In this document: positions 28,937 through 37,151 of the stretch, piece by piece
Layout of the letters: each line of letters begins with the position of its first letter
Numbering within the stretch: the first letter of the stretch is position 1
Assembly (NCBI GenBank): GCA_001817915.1
Contig: MHJJ01000011.1
Span: forward strand, 17,710-80,121
Length of the DNA: 62,412 nt
Source of the DNA: Candidatus Harrisonbacteria bacterium RIFCSPLOWO2_01_FULL_44_18
GTDB taxonomy: Bacteria > Patescibacteriota > Minisyncoccia > UBA6257 > WO2-44-18
Reading direction: 5' to 3'
Program-made: the position numbers and the translations under genes
Notes under the pieces: generated by a model
What the model was told of the DNA's origin: nothing
Database searches by the model: none
The model's input: only the letters and a program-made list of their open reading frames with translations

Positions 28937-29779
28937 TTAGATTACTGTTTTCAAAAACTTTTTGAATTCTTTTCTAATTTCCGGATGTTTCAACCCAAAA
29001 GCAACCTCGGTTTTTAAAAAACCGATTTTATTCCCGGTATCAAAATGCCTGCCCGAACATTCTAGCGCCAGAAGCTCACGCTCGTGGGAATATTCTTTTA
29101 ACGCGTCAGCCAATCTAATCTCTTGGCCCTTTTTGCGATTTTTTAACAATCTATCTAAATAATCAAAAATTTCTGGGGTAAGAATATATTTTCCGGTCAT
29201 AGCTAAATTGCTTGGCGCTTGTTGAACGGGGGGCTTTTCTACTATATCGCCTATCAGGAACACGCGGCCGATGGAACTTTTTGGAGAAATGATGCCATAA
29301 CGATCAACATGTCTTCTGGAAACGTGCTCAACCGATATAACCGGCTTTTGATATTTTTTAAAAACTTTTGCTAATTGTTTCAGAAAAGGTTTTTCTGACG
29401 GACTCAGCAAATCGCCCATGGTTACCGCGAAAGCCTCTTTTTTATTTATCATTCTACTGGCTAAGAAAATTGCGTGGCCATCGCCGAATCTTTCGTTGGT
29501 TTCGATAAAAGAAAATTTTAAACCGGGGAATTCTTTTAAAATTGATTCGCCGCTGCTGTCGCAAAAATATTTTTGTATCTCCTTTTTCCAAGGGTTGATT
29601 ATAAAAATAATATGCCGGATTCCTGATTCATACGCCTCGTCAACTAAATACCAACTCACTGGTTTATCCACTAAACGCAAAAGCTCTTTTGGCGTTACTC
29701 GAGTAATGGGCAATAGTCTTGTGCCGGCTCCAGCGGCGGGAATAATCAATTTTTTAATCTGTACGCCAGAATTTTCCAT
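28937..29779 (-). CDS. galU: UTP--glucose-1-phosphate uridylyltransferase
   Basis: IPAAGAGTRLLPITRVTPKELL N-terminus and the VEKP motif; 280 aa. Confidence 0.8.
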   Translation of the reverse strand: MENSGVQIKKLIIPAAGAGTRLLPITRVTPKELLRLVDKPVSWYLVDEAYESGIRHIIFIINPWKKEIQKYFCDSSGESILKEFPGLKFSFIETNERFGDGHAIFLASRMINKKEAFAVTMGDLLSPSEKPFLKQLAKVFKKYQKPVISVEHVSRRHVDRYGIISPKSSIGRVFLIGDIVEKPPVQQAPSNLAMTGKYILTPEIFDYLDRLLKNRKKGQEIRLADALKEYSHERELLALECSGRHFDTGNKIGFLKTEVAFGLKHPEIRKEFKKFLKTVI

Positions 29780-29811
29780 TTAATTTTATAATACCACTGG
29801 ATTTTAAAATG

Positions 29812-29832
29812 AAAAAGCGGGGAATGCCCCGC
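29812..29832 (-). terminator. Rho-independent terminator of 29834..30286
   Basis: Minus strand reads GCGGGG-CATT-CCCCGC followed by TTTTTCATTTT. Confidence 0.6.
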
Positions 29833-29833
29833 C

Positions 29834-30286
29834 TTACTTAAAAACTTGATTGAGATTCGGATCTGAAGGCCAACGAACAGTCACGCCGAAAGCAGGCGCC
29901 TTGAATACAAAAACCTGCTTTGTTATGCCCGGCCCTAGAACAACGTAATCCTGATTCTCACCGCGAAGAATAATATCCTGACATTCGCCATCTTTTCCCA
30001 AAGAGATTTTCAAAATACCTCCATAGATTACGATAAACTCGGTGCCATGAAAAGCCTTCCGCGGATAATCCGGTTGACTATCATAACGCCAAAGCTTTAC
30101 TTCCACTGCTGTCGTTTGGCCAAGGCCGCTTTGCATATGGCCTACCACCCATCCATGCGTAGCAGAAACGACCGACTCACCGACGCGCCCCGTTTTGACT
30201 TCCATCTCATCTATCCTCCAATTCGATTTTTTAATGAGCTTGTTTATTGTACTATTAAACACTTCAGATGTCAAACCCGATTTCAA
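29834..30286 (-). CDS. cupin-like beta-barrel protein, function unknown
   Basis: 150-aa ORF with a beta-rich sequence and its own terminator. I recognise no diagnostic motif. Confidence 0.4.
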   Translation of the reverse strand: MKSGLTSEVFNSTINKLIKKSNWRIDEMEVKTGRVGESVVSATHGWVVGHMQSGLGQTTAVEVKLWRYDSQPDYPRKAFHGTEFIVIYGGILKISLGKDGECQDIILRGENQDYVVLGPGITKQVFVFKAPAFGVTVRWPSDPNLNQVFK

Positions 30287-30785
30287 AAACCTTTCGCCAT
30301 TTATTTACCTCGCCCTCGGTATGATAAAGCGCAAGACGATTTACCGTCTGGCATAAACCAGCAAAATTTTTACCAGTTAAGTCCTTTTCCATCTTATTTT
30401 TCGTTTCTTTATCGAAAAGGCCATAAACCAAACTAAGATGGGGTTGATATTCGACTCGATCGGCAATGTTAAATATTGTTCGAGCCAATTTATCCGCGCC
30501 TATTAATTCTGGCGAGCGCTCCACTTCTAAAAAGAGTGGCTTGAAATAATTTTCTTCCCCGCGATATCTTCCAAAATAAACTGGAAAAGATTTTAATTTC
30601 TTAGCCAACTGTTCTGTTTTAAATTTAAGATCTCCCTCTATGCCCATTACTTGGCCCAACAAAGTAATATGCGGTTCAAAAACCGGAGCCCCGTATTTTC
30701 TCCCCAAATCCCGGATAATTGCGCAAAACTCATGAAAAAATCCGACATCAGGAATCAACCAAATGGAATAACCCTTGACTTTCAT
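30264..30785 (-). CDS. 2H phosphoesterase superfamily (LigT / cyclic phosphodiesterase-like)
   Basis: Two H-x-(T/S)-x motifs, PHITLLG and PHLSLVYG, at the spacing expected for 2H enzymes. Confidence 0.65.
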   Translation of the reverse strand: MKVKGYSIWLIPDVGFFHEFCAIIRDLGRKYGAPVFEPHITLLGQVMGIEGDLKFKTEQLAKKLKSFPVYFGRYRGEENYFKPLFLEVERSPELIGADKLARTIFNIADRVEYQPHLSLVYGLFDKETKNKMEKDLTGKNFAGLCQTVNRLALYHTEGEVNKWRKVFEIGFDI

Positions 30786-31483
30786 TGCTTAATAAATCTA
30801 GTTTTTATAATTGTCCAAAGAATCAAGAACCCGTGTTTCCAGTTAATTTTTTTGCCCTCTTCGTAATTGCGCGGGTAATAACGGATTGGCACATCCACGA
30901 TTTTATATCCCCGCTTTAAGATTTTACAAACCAATTCATTATCATAATCAAAGTTGTTAGTTTTCACCTCAATTGAATCAATAAGCTTTTTGGTAAAAGC
31001 TTTATAACAGCCCTCGTATTCACCGGCGTTGTTCCAGTAAAGCAAATTTGTAGTCCATGTAATAAAATGATTGCCAATCCAACTTAGCCAATAAAGCGGC
31101 TTTTTCTTGCGATCGTCTTTTTCCGGAGAAATACGCACGCCATTCGTGACTTCCGTTTTCCCCTCCAAAATCGGCTTAATTACTGCCAAATAATCATTCG
31201 GATCGTATTCCAAGTCGGCATCCTGCACAATAATAATTTCACCGGTCGCGTTTTTAAAACCGGTTTTCACCGCCCCGCCTTTCCCTAAATTCTTTTCATG
31301 AAAAATGTATCTTATGCCGGGAATATTTTTCAAAATTTCGCGGGTACCGTCTTTCGAGCCATCGTCAACCACGATAATTTCTTTTTCCAAGGGCAAGGTT
31401 ACTGCTTTTACGCGACGGATAATTTCTTCAATAGTGCTTTTTTCGTTATAAGCAGGGATGATAATTGATAATTTTTTATACAT
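30782..31483 (-). CDS. glycosyltransferase family 2
   Basis: LSIIIPAYNEK, VVDDGSKDGT and QDADLEYDP motifs. The start is moved to MYKKLSII (31483). Confidence 0.85.
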   Translation of the reverse strand: MYKKLSIIIPAYNEKSTIEEIIRRVKAVTLPLEKEIIVVDDGSKDGTREILKNIPGIRYIFHEKNLGKGGAVKTGFKNATGEIIIVQDADLEYDPNDYLAVIKPILEGKTEVTNGVRISPEKDDRKKKPLYWLSWIGNHFITWTTNLLYWNNAGEYEGCYKAFTKKLIDSIEVKTNNFDYDNELVCKILKRGYKIVDVPIRYYPRNYEEGKKINWKHGFLILWTIIKTRFIKQ

Positions 31484-31490
31484 AATTCGT

Positions 31491-33137
31491 TTATTTTTTT
31501 CTAAGGTAAAATTCTTCCTCGTCAAATAAATTAATCGGAAGAGTTACATTTAAAAATTTATGGAGCTTCAAATTTTTCTTAAAAAGCCTGCTCATTAAGT
31601 AAGATAAAGAAAGATATCTTGTAAGATGACGCCGCCGCGCCAATTCAAAACCGACTAATTGCCACAATTTTTCCAAAGAATCGGCGGTAAAATAATTCAA
31701 GTGCGACGGCAAAAACGCGTGCCAATTTTTCCCCAAAATGCGAGCCGTTAAGGAATCGATCATGGGTACGGTTATGGCCAAAATACCCCCTGGTTTTAAC
31801 TTAGCATACGCAAATTCAAAAAGATTTCTCGGATTTAAAACATGTTCGATAACATCAAAAGCGACGATAACCTCAAAAGAGGATTCCGGAAATATTTTGT
31901 TTGCATCCTCCATGAAAACACATGAAATATTTTCCAGTTTTAAACTGACCCGGGCAAATTCACACGACTCCGGCGATGGCTCTATGCCAAAAATTTCAAA
32001 GCCAGCTTTTTTAGCTTCGGATAGAAAGAACCCGGGTCCACAACCGACATCTAGCACCCTTGCGCCTCCTGAAGCGTTATCAACGAAAGATTTAATTCGA
32101 TGAACGGTTTTTTTAAAAGCTTTCCGACGACCGAATTCATCATTTAGATACACAAGATCTAACGGCTGGGCTTTATAATATCTTGAAAACTCTTCCGCTA
32201 TTTCGTTTCGATCTACAAAGTAAACTCCACAGCTAAGACATTTATAGATATTGCCGTGATCGGCGCCATCGGCGTCGGTTATAGCGTAACGCCCTTGTCT
32301 AAAAACCGGTTTCAAATCAATGGTTGCCGGAAACGCTAAGTAGGCATTGTTTCCGCCGCAATTGAAGCAGTGAACTGCCGAGGTTTTGATTTTGGGATGC
32401 AACTGCGCGAATTTCCTGATGCGAGATTTGTGCAACAAATATTTGCCCATCACCAGTAAAATATTCAGGCCATAAATAACACTGCGCCAAAAACCGATCA
32501 TGGATGCCTCTGGAAAATATCTGGTAGGTATAGGAACCTCTGCTATCTTAAATCCGGCTACTTTTGACTGAACAATAATTTCGGTGTCAAAGACAAAATC
32601 GTCGGAATTCAATTCAAACAAAAGATTTTCAAAAACCTTTCGGCTGTAAGCGCGAAACCCAGAGTGATATTCGCTCAAGTTTATACCCAGCACAAAGTTT
32701 TCCAACATGGTTAAACCAATATTGGCCGCAAACTTCCAATAAGGCATGCCGCCTTTAAGCGCGTTTTGGGAAATCAGCATCCTAGAACCGAAGACGGCAT
32801 CGGCCGCGCCATAAGCAATTGGTTTGGCTAATTCGGTCACTAACGCTGGGTCGTACTGAAAATCAGGATGAACCATTATGATAATATCGGCGCCTAATTT
32901 CAATGCCTCCCTATAACATGTTTTTTGGTTAGCGCCGTACCCACGATTTTTATCATGCGCGAAAACATACTTTAGGCCCAGTTCTTTTGCAACTTTTACA
33001 GTATCGTCCCGACTCGCGTCATCGACTAAAACAATGTCATCAACAACACCTTTTGGAATAGCGTTAATCGTTAGGCGCAAAGTTTTGGCCGCATTATAAG
33101 CTGGCAAAATAACTACGATTTTTTTATTATTAAGCAT
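31491..33137 (-). CDS. bifunctional GT2 glycosyltransferase / class I SAM methyltransferase fusion
   Basis: The N-terminal part has VVILPAYNAAKTL, LVDDASRDDT and a membrane segment. The central part has a CFNCG...CLSCG zinc ribbon. The C-terminal part has VLDVGCGPGFF and AFDVIEHV. Confidence 0.8.
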   Translation of the reverse strand: MLNNKKIVVILPAYNAAKTLRLTINAIPKGVVDDIVLVDDASRDDTVKVAKELGLKYVFAHDKNRGYGANQKTCYREALKLGADIIIMVHPDFQYDPALVTELAKPIAYGAADAVFGSRMLISQNALKGGMPYWKFAANIGLTMLENFVLGINLSEYHSGFRAYSRKVFENLLFELNSDDFVFDTEIIVQSKVAGFKIAEVPIPTRYFPEASMIGFWRSVIYGLNILLVMGKYLLHKSRIRKFAQLHPKIKTSAVHCFNCGGNNAYLAFPATIDLKPVFRQGRYAITDADGADHGNIYKCLSCGVYFVDRNEIAEEFSRYYKAQPLDLVYLNDEFGRRKAFKKTVHRIKSFVDNASGGARVLDVGCGPGFFLSEAKKAGFEIFGIEPSPESCEFARVSLKLENISCVFMEDANKIFPESSFEVIVAFDVIEHVLNPRNLFEFAYAKLKPGGILAITVPMIDSLTARILGKNWHAFLPSHLNYFTADSLEKLWQLVGFELARRRHLTRYLSLSYLMSRLFKKNLKLHKFLNVTLPINLFDEEEFYLRKK

Positions 33138-34767
33138 GGATGTTGGAAATTTCCCTGAAAAGGTAGTAAAATATTTAATTATGACTTACGGAAAGCATGC
33201 CATTTTTCTTACAGTAATTTTTTCAGCTGTTCTGCTTATCAATTTTACGCTTTCAATAATAACAAATATCCCCTTAAAAAACCAACTTTCCTCCGATGCC
33301 GAACTCCATCTGACTCATTGGCGCGAGTTTTCTACTAATGAAGGCAACGACTTTGCAAATGATGAAATGTTCAGGAAGGACACTCGTCCGCGGGGAGAAT
33401 TGCTTGTTAATAAATTATTGGTAAGGCTTGGCGAATGGTTAAAAGTCGGACTGCTTGAATGGAGTATCTGGGTTTCGAGTTTATCATTGGTTGTTTTTTT
33501 AAGCGGTATCTATTTCGTCGTTGCCTACAGTTTAAAAAAACCATGGTTAGGATTTCTGGTGGCTTTAGGAAGCATAATCCCTGCTTTTTCTCTTGGGGGA
33601 TCGACTTGGGGATTTCTAGCTCAAGGATTCTTGCCAAGAGAATTAGCTCTGGGCATAGCTGTATGGATTATGCTGATTTATTTCTACGGTCTGGAGAAAA
33701 ATCGTATTTGGGTCAGTCGTTTGGTTTTCCTGCTTGCCGGCATATTTTCCAATTGGTACCCGGTTCTATTCTTTCATTTTGCGGCAGTGTTTTTTATCGC
33801 CGAAATTATCCGCCTAAAGTCGATTAGAAAAGAATTGTTGATCTATGGACTGCTTTATGCCGCGGGGGCTTCATTCGCTTTAATGGATATATTCATAAAA
33901 TCCGCTCAGACTGCTCCGATTGATTTAGAGGTTTTCCGTTTTCGTTTTCGTTATATGCTGCTTTCATCCTTTGAATACACTTTTTTAAGATATTTGAGAA
34001 GATTTTTGATCTATATAGCAATAGTTACCGGACTCTTTATTTTTTCAAAAAAAACTTTAAATCGCGATGAATTGCGTCCCCTTTCACCCTGGTACGCTAT
34101 TTGGCTAAGCGCCGCTCTGATTTCACTTGCCGGCATTGTACTGGAAAATTTTACAACCTTTGCGAGATTTTTATTTTCCAGAGCTTCGGTTTGGTTTTTG
34201 TTTGCCTCAATGGTCATTATTGCCTACACAATTCATAGAATTTACGAAAAAAAGGTTAAAAATAGTCTTCTGTCCTCCACGGTTCTAGCAACCGGGATAT
34301 TGCTAATTTTCACAGGCCAATCAGCTATTCCCTCAATTTATCGGCAGATAAAAGATTTGAGAATCAATTCGGCAAATTATAATAATTACATCTCTTTACT
34401 GGAAAACCTAAAAGAAGTCACTCCAAACGATGCTATAATCTTAGCATCCCCCCGAGAGGCCAATAAAATTCGGGCCTATGGCGCTCGAGGAACTTACGTT
34501 TCTTGGAAAGAAGGTGGTATCGCTCTTCTTGATGGAAAGAGCGGGCGCGAATGGTTCGAGCGCTTGCATGAAGTAGATGCCGTTTTCGGGCAGAAAAATT
34601 TGGAAGCGCTGCAAAAATACGCGCAAGCAAAAAACATTCGTTATATTATTTATAATACAAATGAAATTTCTAACGATAATCAGCAATTAACTTTATTTCC
34701 CCTCTTAAAATCAGGGCCGTTTGTTCTTTCCGAAAACCTCAATTTTTCCGAGAAGAACAAAAACTGA
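33136..34767 (+). CDS. polytopic membrane protein with soluble C-terminal domain (possible GT-C / polymerase-like)
   Basis: 543-aa ORF with many hydrophobic helices. The start is uncertain (33136 or MTYGKH at 33181). I do not recognise the family. Confidence 0.5.
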   Translation: MDVGNFPEKVVKYLIMTYGKHAIFLTVIFSAVLLINFTLSIITNIPLKNQLSSDAELHLTHWREFSTNEGNDFANDEMFRKDTRPRGELLVNKLLVRLGEWLKVGLLEWSIWVSSLSLVVFLSGIYFVVAYSLKKPWLGFLVALGSIIPAFSLGGSTWGFLAQGFLPRELALGIAVWIMLIYFYGLEKNRIWVSRLVFLLAGIFSNWYPVLFFHFAAVFFIAEIIRLKSIRKELLIYGLLYAAGASFALMDIFIKSAQTAPIDLEVFRFRFRYMLLSSFEYTFLRYLRRFLIYIAIVTGLFIFSKKTLNRDELRPLSPWYAIWLSAALISLAGIVLENFTTFARFLFSRASVWFLFASMVIIAYTIHRIYEKKVKNSLLSSTVLATGILLIFTGQSAIPSIYRQIKDLRINSANYNNYISLLENLKEVTPNDAIILASPREANKIRAYGARGTYVSWKEGGIALLDGKSGREWFERLHEVDAVFGQKNLEALQKYAQAKNIRYIIYNTNEISNDNQQLTLFPLLKSGPFVLSENLNFSEKNKN

Positions 34768-35938
34768 AAGTTTTTTTGTATTGGGATAGGTATTCATTTT
34801 TGTTCTTAATGACGCCCTCCCCGATTCGGCCTCGGTAATTTTGCCGTGACCGCATAATCTCCAAAATACTCTCTGCAAGCGCTTTTGTATCACGCGGTTT
34901 TATAATAATGCCTGATTCCCCGAATTTTATAATTTCTGGAGCAACGCCGACATCAGTAGTTAATGCCGGACAACCGCTCGCGCCCGCTTCTACCAATGTT
35001 CTCCCATAACCTTCGTAATTGGAAGTTAACATAAAAAGATCGGCGGTTTTGTAGTAAGAGATTAAATCATCTGTCCACGATTCGAATACAATATTAGATT
35101 TTAGGTTGTAGCTTTTAGCTTTCAGCCGGAGCGCTTCGCGCTCTGGTCCGTCACCGACAATAAGTAACAAAATGGATCGCTCAATACTTTGGACTTCCGA
35201 TGTCCTAACATTAAACAGTTCTGCCATTGCCTCTATCGCCATACCGATATTCTTTTCCCTGGTCAGCCGCGAAGCCATTAAAATTATAAAATCGTAGCCG
35301 GGGTATTTTTTATGAAGATCGGTTTTTATCGGCGCGTTTTTTATTTTCTCCATATCAACGAATATTGGCAAAACGTGAATATTCGGGTCATCGCAAGACC
35401 TAAGGTCTTGCGATGACCTTAAAATTGAGTTTTTAATACGTTGAGATACAACTCGCAAACAATCGGCTTTTTTTACTAACCATTTTCCCAACAAAACGCG
35501 GATTTTATTTTTAAACGATTCCTGCCAAAAATAAGGACTTAGAAAATCGGTGTGAATTTGAATCTGGAGCGGCAAGCCGAATTTTCTTTTAAGCAAATAA
35601 CCGGCTAGGCCGGTTTCAAAAGGATCTTGAGCGGTAATTAGTAATTGGTAATTGCCTGCCTGCCGGTAGGCATGGGTAATTGGTAATTGGTTAATAATTT
35701 TTTTTCCAATCCTGTACGCATCTCGAAAATATAACGGTTTCCAACTTGTATTTGTCGAATAAGCCCATACATTGTTTGAAATTTTTTTCGCAGCACTCGG
35801 ATAATCGTTCGGATTATGTTTAGTATATGTGATAATGTGCAATTCTTGAACTAGTTGCCCATACTCAATCATCCGGGCTTGAACTTCAGAGCCGGCTTTA
35901 AATATATTTTGATCGGTTGATAACATTAGAACCCTCAT
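34739..35938 (-). CDS. glycosyltransferase family 4
   Basis: YEGYGRTLVEAGASGCPALTTDVGVAPEII motif; carries an in-frame heptamer-array insert (see findings). Confidence 0.8.
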   Translation of the reverse strand: MRVLMLSTDQNIFKAGSEVQARMIEYGQLVQELHIITYTKHNPNDYPSAAKKISNNVWAYSTNTSWKPLYFRDAYRIGKKIINQLPITHAYRQAGNYQLLITAQDPFETGLAGYLLKRKFGLPLQIQIHTDFLSPYFWQESFKNKIRVLLGKWLVKKADCLRVVSQRIKNSILRSSQDLRSCDDPNIHVLPIFVDMEKIKNAPIKTDLHKKYPGYDFIILMASRLTREKNIGMAIEAMAELFNVRTSEVQSIERSILLLIVGDGPEREALRLKAKSYNLKSNIVFESWTDDLISYYKTADLFMLTSNYEGYGRTLVEAGASGCPALTTDVGVAPEIIKFGESGIIIKPRDTKALAESILEIMRSRQNYRGRIGEGVIKNKNEYLSQYKKTFSFCSSRKN

Positions 35939-36045
35939 CCCGTTAGAAGTGGAACCTATTTTGACGCGAACCTTTAATCATTGTTTTATTGCCGGACATA
36001 TCCCGTATAGTTATGGCGGCCGCGTTGGGCGCCGCTTCTAACGGG
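35939..36045. repeat. palindromic intergenic element, termini CCCGTTAGAAG
   Basis: 35939-35952 CCCGTTAGAAGTGG matches the reverse complement of 36032-36045 (CCCGTTAGAAGCGG). It occupies the entire spacer between two GT4 genes. Its terminal core is shared with the clpB insert. Confidence 0.6.
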
Positions 36046-36047
36046 AT

Positions 36048-37151
36048 TCATACAAATAACTTAAGATATTCTTCAACGACTTTTTGCCAATTCGGACCTG
36101 GCGGCAAAATAGAAAACGCTGAAACCGCCCAGCGAAAACCTTCCGGCTGCAATAACTTGATAATTTTTTCTTCCAATTCTTGCTCATTTTTCGGATCAAA
36201 CAAAAACTCCTCCGGCAATCGCACGCTCAAGCCGTTTTCATTGCTCAATAGCGAGGGCTTTCCGGCCGAAAGGCATTCCAAAATAAAATTGGGATTGAAC
36301 TCAGTAAAAGAGGGGCCGACGCAGACCGCGGCTTCTTTAATTTTTTCTAAAAGCTTCTCCCGTGAAAGCGACGGGAGAATTTTGATGTATGCCGTGGACA
36401 ACAAACTCTTAGAAAACTTGATTAATTCCTCTTTTTCCGGGCCGTCACCGGTTAAAATCAACCGCCCTCGGCTGATTTTCTGACGAACCCCGTCAAAAAC
36501 TCTTAGCAAAAATTTGAGATTTTTGTAAGCAACAAATCGGCCGGTAAATAAAATGACTGGGTCTCCTTCGCCTGAAAAATTGGTTGAAAAATTACCAAGT
36601 TCAACCGGATTCAAAATAACTTTTATTTTTTCTCCAGGAACGCCGTAATATTTTTCATAAACCTCCTTTAAGAACGGGGCGACTACAATTACCTTCTCCG
36701 CGCCGCGCAAAACATAACGAATCAGGCGAAACAACGCTGGCCTATCCGCTAAATACTGGCTATTTCGATAGTATTCGGTAAATGACAAGACTGTTTTCCC
36801 TTTTCCCGCCACTCGCTCCCAAAGAAGATCGCCCCCAATCCGAACAAAAAATTTTTTCCCCAGAATTTTAGCGGCTAGTAGAGCCGGTAACCCGGCAGCC
36901 GCGGCGTCCTGGGCAAAAATCAAATCAGATTTCATCGCCAGGCGCAAACAAGTCAAAAAATAAAATAAGTGCCTCAAGCCGAAAGGAATTTTCCGGGAAA
37001 TACCAACTACTCTTGAATCGCTAGGATTGCCGTAGCTGATTATTCTTACTTCCCATCCTATTTTGGAAAATTCCTCCGCCAGTTTTTTTGAATGAGTTGC
37101 CGGACCGCCGACATCGGGCGGATAAATTCCGGTAGCGATTAGAATGCGCAT
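36048..37151 (-). CDS. glycosyltransferase family 4
   Basis: MRILIATGIYPPDVGGPATH N-terminus; 367 aa. The plus-strand ORF 35989..36483 is a shadow. Confidence 0.85.
   Translation of the reverse strand: MRILIATGIYPPDVGGPATHSKKLAEEFSKIGWEVRIISYGNPSDSRVVGISRKIPFGLRHLFYFLTCLRLAMKSDLIFAQDAAAAGLPALLAAKILGKKFFVRIGGDLLWERVAGKGKTVLSFTEYYRNSQYLADRPALFRLIRYVLRGAEKVIVVAPFLKEVYEKYYGVPGEKIKVILNPVELGNFSTNFSGEGDPVILFTGRFVAYKNLKFLLRVFDGVRQKISRGRLILTGDGPEKEELIKFSKSLLSTAYIKILPSLSREKLLEKIKEAAVCVGPSFTEFNPNFILECLSAGKPSLLSNENGLSVRLPEEFLFDPKNEQELEEKIIKLLQPEGFRWAVSAFSILPPGPNWQKVVEEYLKLFV

Noticed and set aside
35989-36483. 164-aa plus-strand ORF, and similar antisense ORFs such as 26769..27245, 60035..60439, 587..985, 9949..10281, 13880..14299
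   Set aside because: All lie fully inside strongly supported genes on the other strand (GT4, SDR, recA and others). Their translations are low-complexity and motif-free.
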